Shown: positions 19,714 through 30,224 of the stretch, in pieces
Position numbering within the stretch: the stretch's first letter is position 1
Layout: the number at the start of each line of letters is the position of its first letter
Made by a program: the position numbers and the translations under genes
The notes under the pieces: model-generated
What the model was told of the DNA's origin: nothing
Database searches by the model: none
What the model saw: the letters and a program-made list of their open reading frames with translations, nothing else
From: an uncultured Clostridia bacterium
Lineage (GTDB): Bacteria; Bacillota; Clostridia; TANB77; CAG-465
DNA: 50,904 nucleotides
Reading direction: 5' to 3'
Assembly: GCA_947632635.1 (NCBI GenBank)
Contig: CANRQA010000004.1
Coordinates: 1 to 50,904, forward strand

Positions 19714-21970
19714 GTTTCTCCTTATTTTGTTTTATACTTTTTAAAACTTTCATTATACCAGATTTCTGTAAAAAGTATATAATCCATCTATATGGTGGCA
19801 AATTCCATAATTTATCTCTTAATTTTATTAAAGTAGTTCTTTCATCAATTTCATCCGGATTAAAATAATTTTGTTTATAAACCTCATTAAATAAAATTAA
19901 ATATCTTTCTGCAATTTCTATATTATTACATATACTCTTATCAACCTTACTACCATCTTCTATAAGCCTATCTAATGTGTTTATTAATTGTTGTCGCAAA
20001 TCGTTACTTGAAAATTTATTTAATATTTTCTGTCTACATCTAATCTTCATTTCTTCATCTTTTAAATCAATTATCTCAAGAATTGCATTTTTATATTCTT
20101 GAATTTCTTTTAAGTCATAGTTATAATTATGCAAATCTTTTTCAATTGTTTGATATTTCTTTATTACCTTACCACAATAATCATCAATTAATTCACTTTG
20201 ACCACCAACATCAGAAGTTATAACAGGAGTTCCCATAGATAACGATTCATAAGCAGTCAAAGTTAAGCCCTCAGTTAAAGAACAAATCACTGTTACATTA
20301 GCAAGTTTATAATATGGTCTTAAATCATCAATTGCACCAACAATTTTAAAACAATCTTTAATACCATACTCATTAATTGCATTATCCATATCTTTTTTTG
20401 CTTTTCCATATCCTGCAGCTATACATAAGATATCTTTTCTTTCTTTATATATTTCATAAATTACTCTTGCAAGTAATAACGGTCTTTTTAAATATTCAAA
20501 GCGATTTGGAAATAATATAACTTTTTTATCCTTATATATATTTTTTAACCTATTATACTCCGCTAATTCAATACTAGGATCAAAATAATTTGGATCTGTG
20601 CCTATATACACAACATCTATATTATTTACTGCTCTTTGCATATCGTTAAGCATTAAATTCTTCAAATAATTTGTACATGTAAAAGTCCTGTCTAAATATT
20701 TACAAATTGCATTTGAATCTCTAGGATAAGAACCATCTCTCCAACTCCAATCTTCTGCATGTAAATAATCAGTAAATATCACATCTTTATGCTTACATTT
20801 AAGCCAAGGAATAGCATAATATCCATAAAAGCTATTACTTTCAAATACTATATCAATATTACGTGAAGTTATCAAATATGATATAAAAGGAGCCCAATCT
20901 TTCCTTTGCAAAAAAGTAGTTAAATCAAAATATTCATCTACAATTTCTTCAAACTTTTGTCTATACATATATTCTTTTGATTCTGTCGTAACTATTGTTA
21001 TTTCATATCCATTTTCTTTTAACCCTCTGATTAAATTTAAATTAAATATATCAGCTCCACCCATAATAGCCCAAGGAAAAATACAAAGTATCCTTTTTTT
21101 ATCACCTTTAATATTTATTGGCTTTCTATCCCAGATGAATTCCTTTGGGTACGTATCAAAATAATAATCAGATGAAGATGGAAATTGAATAGCTCCAACT
21201 TTTTTCTTTACCTTTTTACCTATATTTTTTATATATTTCTCTGCTAATTTCAAAGAATTTTTATTTGAATTTATACTATTAAGTCTACCTGTATCTAATC
21301 TTCTATACCAAAAACCATAAAAATTCATTCTAACAGGTTTATAGCCTTTACTTAAGAAAGAAAGCCACATATACCAATCCTCATGAACACCTTTAGGCAA
21401 ATTTGAATACTCTGTTAATTCTAAAAAAGCTTGCTTTCTAACAAAAGAGGCAACAGATATAATATTTTCTTTTTTTTCTTTTATAGTATCAAACAAAGGT
21501 GAATACAAATAGCACTTATCTCCAAAAGTACAAATTGATGTATACGCAAACGTAGCTTCTTGATTAGTTAATAATGTAAAATATCCACATTCAAGCATTG
21601 TCTTATCTATTAAATCATCAGCATCTAAACAAAAAATAATATCTGATTTTGCATTCATTGCACCATAATATCTAGCGGCAGCAGGTCCACCATTTTCTTT
21701 ATTTAGTATTTTTATCCTATTATCTCTTGACTTAATTCTTTGTAATATTTCGTCAGTGCCTTCTTGTGTGCTACCATCATTTACAATGATCCACTCAAAA
21801 TATGGGAACGTTTGATTTATTATACTATTTGCTGTTTGATATATATATTTTTCAGCATTATAGTATGGAGTTATAATACTTATTAATGGTTTACCATCAT
21901 TAATTCTTGTCCTCTTATCTATAGTTTTACCTGGTTCCATCGTAAAATCGAAATTATTTTGTTCATTCAT
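19706..21970 (-). CDS. Bifunctional GT2 + GT4 glycosyltransferase (probable polymerase)
   Basis: N-terminal ISIITPYYN, NDGS, LDADD and HEDW; C-terminal MGGAD and EGLTLTAYE. Confidence 0.9.
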   Translation of the reverse strand: MNEQNNFDFTMEPGKTIDKRTRINDGKPLISIITPYYNAEKYIYQTANSIINQTFPYFEWIIVNDGSTQEGTDEILQRIKSRDNRIKILNKENGGPAAARYYGAMNAKSDIIFCLDADDLIDKTMLECGYFTLLTNQEATFAYTSICTFGDKCYLYSPLFDTIKEKKENIISVASFVRKQAFLELTEYSNLPKGVHEDWYMWLSFLSKGYKPVRMNFYGFWYRRLDTGRLNSINSNKNSLKLAEKYIKNIGKKVKKKVGAIQFPSSSDYYFDTYPKEFIWDRKPINIKGDKKRILCIFPWAIMGGADIFNLNLIRGLKENGYEITIVTTESKEYMYRQKFEEIVDEYFDLTTFLQRKDWAPFISYLITSRNIDIVFESNSFYGYYAIPWLKCKHKDVIFTDYLHAEDWSWRDGSYPRDSNAICKYLDRTFTCTNYLKNLMLNDMQRAVNNIDVVYIGTDPNYFDPSIELAEYNRLKNIYKDKKVILFPNRFEYLKRPLLLARVIYEIYKERKDILCIAAGYGKAKKDMDNAINEYGIKDCFKIVGAIDDLRPYYKLANVTVICSLTEGLTLTAYESLSMGTPVITSDVGGQSELIDDYCGKVIKKYQTIEKDLHNYNYDLKEIQEYKNAILEIIDLKDEEMKIRCRQKILNKFSSNDLRQQLINTLDRLIEDGSKVDKSICNNIEIAERYLILFNEVYKQNYFNPDEIDERTTLIKLRDKLWNLPPYRWIIYFLQKSGIMKVLKSIKQNKEKHE

Positions 21971-21990
21971 AAATTAAATTTTCTCCTTAA

Positions 21991-23361
21991 CTATTGTTCT
22001 TTATTTTTTGTTAAATCTATTATGCTAGAAATTAATTTCCACCTTTTACTATTATATATATTATCTATCTCTTTCCTTAAATTTTTATTTTCAGTTTTTA
22101 TATTATTTTCAATATTTTCCATATATTGTTTATATTCAATATAATCATTCCAAATTTTATTTTTTTCATTTTCCAATTCTTTAATAGTAGTCATCAGGCT
22201 TGCTAACATTTGGATAACATCATTTTTATCTACTTTTAATTGCGCCATATCTTCAGGAATTATATAAATATTATCATATATTGATAAAAACTTTTTTATA
22301 ACATTATAATTTTCATTTACAATATTTTTTATTTTTTTATAATCGATTTCTAATAATTGCTTAGATATATCATAATATGATATACTTGTTAAATTATTTC
22401 CGCTAAAATTTCCAGCAATTGCTTCATTTATATTCTTAATATCAACAATGCCTTTTATAGAATTAGTTCCTGAGATTATAACAATCTTTTTCATAGCTAT
22501 AGATTCAATTAAACTTCTTCCTTGACCAATAACCACATCATATTGTTCAATTAAATTAGGCATATCATCTGAGCTACCTAGAAAATTAATATTGTAATTT
22601 TCATATTCATTAGATTTAATATATTTTTTTATATTTTCCAAACTATTACCAGTACCCACAATATCTAATTTACAACTACTATTATTTTTATACTTACAAA
22701 ATTCAACATACAAATCAATAGCATTAAATATAGAGATTTCTTTTTCTTTTGAGAGTCTACTAATAATTAAAAATTTATTTAATTCTTTTACTTCTCTACT
22801 AGTTTTATATGTGTTGAAATTGATACTATTTGGTAAAACTTTACAATCATTATTGGAAATTTTATATCTTTTTATTATATAATCCTGTACTGATTGAGTT
22901 ATACAAATAATCTTATTTGCATATTTAAATAAAAGTTTAAAGGCTGATCTAAAAATAGGAAAGTTATTTTCATAATAATCAAACACATTATTATGATCTT
23001 CACCAATATAACTAATTCCTATATGCATATAAGCCACAAAAGGTACTTTTTTTATAAGGCAAGCTGGAAGGACACTAAGTAAAATAGGAAATTGATTTAT
23101 ATGGACTTGAACTACTTTATATTTTTCAAAAATATCAATTATTTCTTTTGATTTATCAAAATCCCAATAATTACAAATTGTAAAATCAAAATTAATACAA
23201 ATAATCCCATGTTCTTGTAATTTTTTGGTATATACGCCATCTTTTGATAAAATTACAATATTGTACCCCTTTTCTTTTAAAGCAAGGGCTTGAGTAACAA
23301 CTGCTGTTTCAACTCCACCTATATCTAGCTTTTCTAAACATAGCATAATAGTTTCGTTCAT
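21991..23361 (-). CDS. GT4-like glycosyltransferase with C-terminal coiled coil
   Basis: IGGVET, ISRL..EK and GRSLIES motifs; C-terminal heptads ending in YNSKRWKL. Confidence 0.8.
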   Translation of the reverse strand: MNETIMLCLEKLDIGGVETAVVTQALALKEKGYNIVILSKDGVYTKKLQEHGIICINFDFTICNYWDFDKSKEIIDIFEKYKVVQVHINQFPILLSVLPACLIKKVPFVAYMHIGISYIGEDHNNVFDYYENNFPIFRSAFKLLFKYANKIICITQSVQDYIIKRYKISNNDCKVLPNSINFNTYKTSREVKELNKFLIISRLSKEKEISIFNAIDLYVEFCKYKNNSSCKLDIVGTGNSLENIKKYIKSNEYENYNINFLGSSDDMPNLIEQYDVVIGQGRSLIESIAMKKIVIISGTNSIKGIVDIKNINEAIAGNFSGNNLTSISYYDISKQLLEIDYKKIKNIVNENYNVIKKFLSIYDNIYIIPEDMAQLKVDKNDVIQMLASLMTTIKELENEKNKIWNDYIEYKQYMENIENNIKTENKNLRKEIDNIYNSKRWKLISSIIDLTKNKEQ

Positions 23362-23366
23362 CTCTT

Positions 23367-24116
23367 CTACCCCTGTTCTTTTAAATATTCTTCTATAACT
23401 TCATCTGTTTTTCCATCCATTTTTTTTACACCATTACATATCCATATAGCCCTATCACAAAAGCTCTTTACTTGACCTACACTATGTGATACGAATACCA
23501 TTGTTTTACCTTCAGCTTTTAATTCTTTCATCTTATTTAAACATTTCTCTTGGAAATGAGCATCTCCAACAGCAAGTATTTCATCAATAAGTAAGATATC
23601 AGCTTGTACATTAACGGCAATAGAAAAAGCAAGCCTCATATACATTCCAGAAGAATATGTCCTTACAGGTACATCAATAAATTCACCAAGTTCTGAAAAG
23701 TCAATTATCTTATCTATTATTGGATCTACATCTTTTTTTCCTAATCCATACATTGATGCATTAAAATATATATTCTCTCTACCAGTAAAATCGGTATTAA
23801 AACCAGCACCAAGTTCAATCATACTTGAAAGTTTTCCATTTATTTCGATAGTCCCTTTTTCAGGATATATAATTTTATTCATTAATTTTAATAATGTTGA
23901 CTTGCCAGATCCATTTACACCAATTAAAGCGACTGATTCTCCTCTTCTAATATCACATGAAATATCTTTTAATACTACATGTTTAGTCTTTTTATTCCTC
24001 TTTAAATTTGCAAGTCTTTCCTTTAAGAAATAAGCTTTGTCCTCATATATTGTGAATTCTTTTGTAATATTTTTTACAGAAATTGCTATATCATTATTTT
24101 TACCTTTTTTTGACAC
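23367..24116 (-). CDS. wzt: Polysaccharide ABC exporter ATP-binding subunit (Wzt/TagH-like), no C-terminal carbohydrate-binding domain
   Basis: GVNGSGKST, YSSGM, LLIDEILAVGD and VSH motifs; only 249 aa. Confidence 0.92.
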   Translation of the reverse strand: MSKKGKNNDIAISVKNITKEFTIYEDKAYFLKERLANLKRNKKTKHVVLKDISCDIRRGESVALIGVNGSGKSTLLKLMNKIIYPEKGTIEINGKLSSMIELGAGFNTDFTGRENIYFNASMYGLGKKDVDPIIDKIIDFSELGEFIDVPVRTYSSGMYMRLAFSIAVNVQADILLIDEILAVGDAHFQEKCLNKMKELKAEGKTMVFVSHSVGQVKSFCDRAIWICNGVKKMDGKTDEVIEEYLKEQG

Positions 24117-24119
24117 GTA

Positions 24120-24902
24120 TTATACCTCCTCTGCAAAACGTCTTTGTAATTTATTAAATACTAAATAACCAATTATTAAAACAACTATTGAAATTAAAAA
24201 TACTATTCCTAAACTTTTAAAATCTGGAAGTGTTTGATTATATAATATATTTTGATATTCTTGCATTATTAAAGTCATAGGATTTAATTTATATATTTTT
24301 AAAAACTTCTCTGGTACCATTGATATACTATATAGTATTGGACATGCATACATCCAAATCATCATTACAGGATTCATGATATATTGCACATCTCTAATAT
24401 ATACATTTGCAGCTGATAATAACAATATAATACCTAAACTAAATATTGCTTGTATTAAAACAATTACCGGCAAGAATAATGCAACCCAAGTTATACCTAC
24501 CCCTGAAACAAGTAATGCAATAAATATTATAACAGCACTAAAACAATATTGAATTGTATTGCTAATAACTACAGCAAGTGGCAATATTTCTCTAGGAAAA
24601 TAAACTTTCTTTAATATACTAGCATTATTTGATACACAAACTGTACCAATAGCAATTGTATTTGCAAAAGCATTCCAAGGCATTAAACATATAAACAGAT
24701 AAATTGAATAATGTTCTATTCCACTTCTAAATATAAACTGAAATACTAGTGAATATACAAACAACATAAGTAATGGGTTAAGCAAAGTCCACAAAAAGCC
24801 AAAAAACGATCCTTTATATCTTCCATTTATATCCTGTTTTACCAAAGTTTTTAACATATGTCTATACTTATAAATTTCTTTTATTTTATCTACTATCTTC
24901 AT
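24120..24902 (-). CDS. wzm: Polysaccharide ABC exporter permease (Wzm/TagG-like)
   Basis: RYKGS..G.LW..LNP, KKVYFP and RFAEEV motifs; six TM helices. Confidence 0.92.
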   Translation of the reverse strand: MKIVDKIKEIYKYRHMLKTLVKQDINGRYKGSFFGFLWTLLNPLLMLFVYSLVFQFIFRSGIEHYSIYLFICLMPWNAFANTIAIGTVCVSNNASILKKVYFPREILPLAVVISNTIQYCFSAVIIFIALLVSGVGITWVALFLPVIVLIQAIFSLGIILLLSAANVYIRDVQYIMNPVMMIWMYACPILYSISMVPEKFLKIYKLNPMTLIMQEYQNILYNQTLPDFKSLGIVFLISIVVLIIGYLVFNKLQRRFAEEV

Positions 24903-24925
24903 TTATTTCTCCTTCTATTTTAACT

Positions 24926-26320
24926 CTATTTTAATAAACTCATAAATTCCTTTTCAATTTTTTCCATATCTTCTTTTGTTGTTCCTTCAAATCTTGCTGT
25001 TATATTTGGACCAGTATTAGATGCTCTAACTAAAGCCCAACCGTTATCAAATTCTGCTCTTACTCCATCTATATCATTAATTTGATATTCTTGCATCCTA
25101 CAATATGCTTTTACTTTATCAATTATTTTAAATTTTTCTTCATCTGTTGATTTTATCTTTATTTCTGGTGTAGAATAATATCTATTTATTCCATCAAGTA
25201 ACTGACTAAAACTTTTATCAGTTTCTGATAATATTTCTACAATTCTAAGCCCAGCATATAACCCATCATCAATATTTGGCCATTTATCATTAAACCAAAC
25301 ATGACCTGATAGCTCACTACCAAAAGCAAAATTTCCTTCTCTCATTTTTGCTTTCATATATGAATTTCCAGTTCTATAACAAACTGGTGTGCCACCTAAT
25401 TTTATTATCTCATCTTTTAATGATTTGGAACATTTTACATCAAATAGCGCATTCTTGTTTGAAACTTTATTCATTATATCACGCCAAACAACAATTGCAA
25501 CAAAATCTGTGTAAATCATATTGCCTTTTTCATCTATTATTCCAACTCTATCACCATCGCCATCAATTCCAATTCCTAAATCTGCCTTTTCCTCTAATAC
25601 TTTAGTTTTTAAATCTTTGTTATTTTCTTCAATACTTGGATCAGGATGATGATTTGGAAATGTTGGATCTGATTTCATATATAGTGGTATCATTTCTATA
25701 TGGTCTTTAAATAAATCAAATACTTCTTTTGCTATAATAGATGCTGTGCCATTTGCTGTATCAACAACAACTTTTACTTTTACTTTTCTTTTTCCTAAAT
25801 TAATTGCAGATTTTACAAGTTTTAAGTATTCATTTTTTATTTCACATTTTTCTATTTTTCCATTTCCATCTTCAAATTTGCACTGTGAAGTAAATAATCT
25901 AAAGTCTTCAATCATTTCTCCACAAGCATTACCAAAATTGCTTACTGAAAATTTAAATCCGTTATATTCTTTTGGGTTATGACTTGCTGTAATCATCATT
26001 CCCGGCATTATCTCTGGTTTATTATTTAAATATGTTTGTGCATAATAATACATAGGAGTTGTAACAAGTCCAATAGATAGTACATCTATTCCTGTTGAAA
26101 TAATACCAGTTGTTAAAGCCTCATATAATGGCAGAGATGATGTTCTGTTATCATAACCTATAACACATCTTGTATAACTATCTTTTTTTATATATGTTCC
26201 AAATGATTTACCTATAGTATAAGCTACATCTTCTGTTAAATCATCTCCATATATCCCTCTAATATCATATCCTCTAAATATATTAGGATTGATATTTTTT
26301 ACAATTTTATATTCTTTCAT
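24926..26320 (-). CDS. Phosphomannomutase / phosphoglucomutase
   Basis: FRGYDIRG, TASHNP, DGDGDR, ELSGH and LVRASNT motifs. Confidence 0.95.
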   Translation of the reverse strand: MKEYKIVKNINPNIFRGYDIRGIYGDDLTEDVAYTIGKSFGTYIKKDSYTRCVIGYDNRTSSLPLYEALTTGIISTGIDVLSIGLVTTPMYYYAQTYLNNKPEIMPGMMITASHNPKEYNGFKFSVSNFGNACGEMIEDFRLFTSQCKFEDGNGKIEKCEIKNEYLKLVKSAINLGKRKVKVKVVVDTANGTASIIAKEVFDLFKDHIEMIPLYMKSDPTFPNHHPDPSIEENNKDLKTKVLEEKADLGIGIDGDGDRVGIIDEKGNMIYTDFVAIVVWRDIMNKVSNKNALFDVKCSKSLKDEIIKLGGTPVCYRTGNSYMKAKMREGNFAFGSELSGHVWFNDKWPNIDDGLYAGLRIVEILSETDKSFSQLLDGINRYYSTPEIKIKSTDEEKFKIIDKVKAYCRMQEYQINDIDGVRAEFDNGWALVRASNTGPNITARFEGTTKEDMEKIEKEFMSLLK

Positions 26321-26372
26321 AATATCACCTGCTCGTATTATATCATAATACTTTTAAAATTAAAAGTGTTTT

Positions 26373-26405
26373 AAAAAAAAACGTGTTATTAAAAACACGT
26401 TTCTT
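26373..26405 (-). terminator. Terminator after the leader-family cluster
   Basis: AAACGTGTT / AACACGTTT inverted repeat with a T run on the minus strand. Confidence 0.75.
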
Positions 26406-26423
26406 ATCAAAGCATTATAATTA

Positions 26424-27179
26424 TTAGTTAGCAAGGTTATTAAGTATATCGCCTAAATCATAAAACTTCCCTTCATTAGTAAATGCGACTATTGTTCGAG
26501 CATTTCCACTAACATTTGGGTCAGCACTATAACATCTTGCTGTATATATTCTCACAACATCTTTTATATTTTCTATTTTACCATAAGATTTGAAATTATT
26601 AGTTTGAGCAGCTTTCCTTAGTGGTAAATATTCAATTGTACCATCTTTCATTAAAAATAATAATAATTCATCTCCAACTGCTTGAGAATAACTTGCCAAG
26701 GAAACATCTATAACTTGAGTATCAAAGTTATCTATTTTATATTCTTCTTCTTTTACTAAATCTTGCTTTTCAGTTCCCAAAAACCTATTATTAAAAGTAT
26801 TTCTTTCTAAAACTAAATTAACAGTTTTCATATCTTTTGTAATATTACAACTAATGCCCAAACTATCAGATGAACTAGCAGTACATTGTAAACTATCATA
26901 TACAATATTATTATCTTTTAAATTCAAACAATTTGAAATATCTAAATTAAAAATAACATTTTTTTCTACATTATTATTAACCTGCTCTTGCTCATTTTGT
27001 ACATCTACACTATTATTCTGTTTTAATGTTGATATTTCATCTTTCAAACTAGCAATCTGATTATTTAATTCTTCTGCCTCTTTATTTTTCATTATTCCAA
27101 AATATGCAGCTAAACATCCTGCTATTATTGTTGTTATTACAAATAACACAACATATACATTTTTTCTTTTATTTTCCAT
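26424..27179 (-). CDS. Membrane-anchored or lipoprotein, leader-family paralog 1
   Basis: MENKRKNVYVVLFVITTIIAGCLAAYF leader, coiled coil, then a beta-rich domain containing LFLMKDGT. Confidence 0.8.
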   Translation of the reverse strand: MENKRKNVYVVLFVITTIIAGCLAAYFGIMKNKEAEELNNQIASLKDEISTLKQNNSVDVQNEQEQVNNNVEKNVIFNLDISNCLNLKDNNIVYDSLQCTASSSDSLGISCNITKDMKTVNLVLERNTFNNRFLGTEKQDLVKEEEYKIDNFDTQVIDVSLASYSQAVGDELLLFLMKDGTIEYLPLRKAAQTNNFKSYGKIENIKDVVRIYTARCYSADPNVSGNARTIVAFTNEGKFYDLGDILNNLAN

Positions 27180-27222
27180 GATAACACCTCTTTTTTAATA
27201 ATATATAAATATTATTTATATA

Positions 27223-29130
27223 TTATGATACTCCGTTACTTTCCCATGTTTCATTACTACCATAATCATCATATATATTAACATCAGTATCTACATCATT
27301 ATTTCCATTACTATTTTCATTATTATAATCATTTGTATAATTATTATCATTATTAGTTTCATTATTTTCGACAACTCTATCTTTTAAAGCAGATTCATCA
27401 TCCCCTAAATAATTTCCTTCTAAATCATAGTAATAGCTTTTATTAATATTTTCATCATAAATAGCACCATCAATCTTAAGATTTTCATCATAATCATTTT
27501 TTGTTAACATAAGGCCACTCACGGAGGCTTTAGGTCTATAATTTAAGTATGCTAATAAATCTAGAAAATTATTTTTAAAATAATCTAACGGAATTGTAAC
27601 TTTTGAATAAGAAATAGTTATATCAATAAATGGTTCTTTTTTTACACCACCATTACCATTATTATATATTTGATCACGTTCAAACCCACTATTAATATAT
27701 GCCTGGTAACTAATTCCTTTGTTTAAATTATTAGCCTCACTTTTTAAATCTTCAACTAATCTTTTTAATTTATCTCGTATATCTTTAGAAATTTTATTTA
27801 TAACACTCTCACTTATAGAGTCTTGATTATTAAAATCTAATACTGAAACACTTTCATTAATAGGAATATCAACATATACCTTATCACTTACTTTACCATA
27901 TATTGAATAATTTATATCGCCCATCATTGATGATAAAGGGGAAGTTAACACAAATATATTCTTCATTCCAATATTACTATTTTCATATAAATTATTACCT
28001 TTTGCATATTTTTTAAATACAGTAATATATTCTTTGCAATCTTTAAAATAAATATTTATTGTTGACCTTCTAGTACTTGAATTATATAAATCATATATAG
28101 TAATACAAAATCTAGATGAGGATATACAAAAATTTACATTTCCTTTTAGTTCATTATACTTATTTATAATTTTTAATATTTTTTCATCATATTCTGTTGT
28201 ATCTCTATTATCCATATTGGTATTTTTTTGAAGGCTCTCAAGATTATCAAAGTTTATCTCCGTATCCCATGCCATAGCCTCATATGCACCTTTTGCAATT
28301 AATGAAGCTATAGGTGTAGATGAGATAAATAAATCTTCTAAATTTATTTTATCACCTGTATTTAAATCATAATTTAATCCAATATTTTTATAATTAACTT
28401 GTTCATATGAACTACCATTTTGTACAATTTCATATTTATATATATCAATAGATAATATATTAGAAAAATTCGCAGCTACACGTGTATATATATTATATCT
28501 ATGTTCACTATTTCCGTCATATAATGAATAAACTGTTTCTTTAATTTCTTTATTTATTTTATTTTCTACGTCTTTGTTTTTTAATCCATGTATTTCTACA
28601 TATTCTATATATACATTTCCTACATCTGAATTAGATCTATCTGTTATATCAGTAACTTTTCCATCTACATCTTTATATGTCTTAATAATCAAATCATTTA
28701 TATCGTATGTTTCTTCTAAACTTTTAATAGTAAGCTCTTTATCGTATGCCTCTTTTTTTGTTTCTTCCTCAAAAACGTAATCAATATCTTCTTTTAAACT
28801 TTCCTCATTTTCTTTATTTAATTTCATTATTTTTAAAAAGATGACTAATGCGGTTATTAATATACATATAACTATAACAATAATTAGTACAATTAGTCTT
28901 TTATTTACTGGCTTTTTAGGCTTTTTATCCTTTCGATTTTTATTTCTTTTCCTATTTGTTTTATTTACAAAGTTTTCATTTTGTATAATTTCATCACTTT
29001 TATTTTTTACTATATCACTTTCAAAATTATTATTATCATTAGGTATTTCATTACTTACTATATTATTGTAATTATCATTATTATCACTATTAAAAGTTTC
29101 TTCTTCTATTTGGTTATTTTCATTATCCAT
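27223..29130 (-). CDS. Single-TM protein with DUF4163/DUF3298 (RsiV/PdaC-like) extracellular region
   Basis: VENKINKEIK, NILSI and NYDLNTGDKINLEDLF motifs; N/D-rich low-complexity termini. Confidence 0.6.
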   Translation of the reverse strand: MDNENNQIEEETFNSDNNDNYNNIVSNEIPNDNNNFESDIVKNKSDEIIQNENFVNKTNRKRNKNRKDKKPKKPVNKRLIVLIIVIVICILITALVIFLKIMKLNKENEESLKEDIDYVFEEETKKEAYDKELTIKSLEETYDINDLIIKTYKDVDGKVTDITDRSNSDVGNVYIEYVEIHGLKNKDVENKINKEIKETVYSLYDGNSEHRYNIYTRVAANFSNILSIDIYKYEIVQNGSSYEQVNYKNIGLNYDLNTGDKINLEDLFISSTPIASLIAKGAYEAMAWDTEINFDNLESLQKNTNMDNRDTTEYDEKILKIINKYNELKGNVNFCISSSRFCITIYDLYNSSTRRSTINIYFKDCKEYITVFKKYAKGNNLYENSNIGMKNIFVLTSPLSSMMGDINYSIYGKVSDKVYVDIPINESVSVLDFNNQDSISESVINKISKDIRDKLKRLVEDLKSEANNLNKGISYQAYINSGFERDQIYNNGNGGVKKEPFIDITISYSKVTIPLDYFKNNFLDLLAYLNYRPKASVSGLMLTKNDYDENLKIDGAIYDENINKSYYYDLEGNYLGDDESALKDRVVENNETNNDNNYTNDYNNENSNGNNDVDTDVNIYDDYGSNETWESNGVS

Positions 29131-29141
29131 AATCTATACCT

Positions 29142-30176
29142 CTACTTTACTGGTACATATCCAGCCTCTTTAGCTACTTGTTGACCTCTTGCAGATAGCA
29201 TTTGATTTGCAAGTTTTCTTGCCGGACTATTTTCATCATCTGCTTTATTTATAACTATATAATATGCAGTTGTAAATGGATATGAATCGTCTTTTATTGT
29301 TTTTGAGTTAGGTTTTATTCCATTTACTCCTAATAATTTTATTCTACTTGCAACACTTTCATCTATTGTTTCATACATAGTTGTAGCATAGTAATAATAT
29401 GAATATCCTATTGAATTTTCTCCATTATCATACATTGAAACTAAATTAATAATTTGTGCCATTGTTTCAACTAAATTTTCTTTTGGTGGAGTCATCAATT
29501 CCTTATCTTTCATAACTAAACTTAACATACCTGTTTGACTTCCTGAATTTACAGGTCTTTGATATGCTTTTATTTCTAAATCTTCTCCACCAACATCTTT
29601 CCAATTAGTTATTTTTCCTGAATAAATATCTTGTATTTGTTCAACTGTTAAACTATCTACTTTATTGTCAGCGTTCACATAGAAGACAAATCCCTCTTTT
29701 ACTACTGGTATAACTTCTAACTCAACGCCTTTTTCTTTTGCAAGTTCTAGTTCTTCTTGTGATGGTTCAGTTACTACTATTAAATCAACCTCATCATTTA
29801 TTAATTTAACATATCCCGGGTGTGTATTTGTAAAGCCATAATTATCAAAATCAATATTATCATTGCCTGTAAAATTTTTCATAAAGGCTTCTACTAATGG
29901 TTGAGTTGCAAGAGATGCATCAATTTTTGGTAATGTTTCCATTGTATATATTGGTTCTGTTGATATTTCTTCTTTTACCTCTCCTATATTTGTATCATCT
30001 TCTTTATTTAAATTCTTTTCATAAATATTTGTAACTAAAAAATATGCTCCTACACATAACAATATAACTAGTATAATTATTAAAATAGTAGTAAATATTG
30101 ATAGTTTTTCTTTATTTTCTTTCTTGTCATTATTTTGATTATTGTTTTCATTTTTAATATTTTCATTACTTTCCAT
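29142..30176 (-). CDS. PstS-like phosphate-binding protein (PBP_like_2), TM-anchored
   Basis: DASLATQP, FYVN..N.V..LT.EQIQDIYSG.ITNW..VGG and QRPVNSGSQT motifs. Confidence 0.85.
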   Translation of the reverse strand: MESNENIKNENNNQNNDKKENKEKLSIFTTILIIILVILLCVGAYFLVTNIYEKNLNKEDDTNIGEVKEEISTEPIYTMETLPKIDASLATQPLVEAFMKNFTGNDNIDFDNYGFTNTHPGYVKLINDEVDLIVVTEPSQEELELAKEKGVELEVIPVVKEGFVFYVNADNKVDSLTVEQIQDIYSGKITNWKDVGGEDLEIKAYQRPVNSGSQTGMLSLVMKDKELMTPPKENLVETMAQIINLVSMYDNGENSIGYSYYYYATTMYETIDESVASRIKLLGVNGIKPNSKTIKDDSYPFTTAYYIVINKADDENSPARKLANQMLSARGQQVAKEAGYVPVK

Positions 30177-30224
30177 ACAAAAACCTCCAGATTATATAAA
30201 TAATATATTTTTAATAATTATTCA

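Noticed and set aside
25770-25792. KVKVKV 6-bp duplication in the phosphohexomutase
   Set aside because: It is an in-frame two-residue duplication with all catalytic motifs intact and too short to suggest phase variation.
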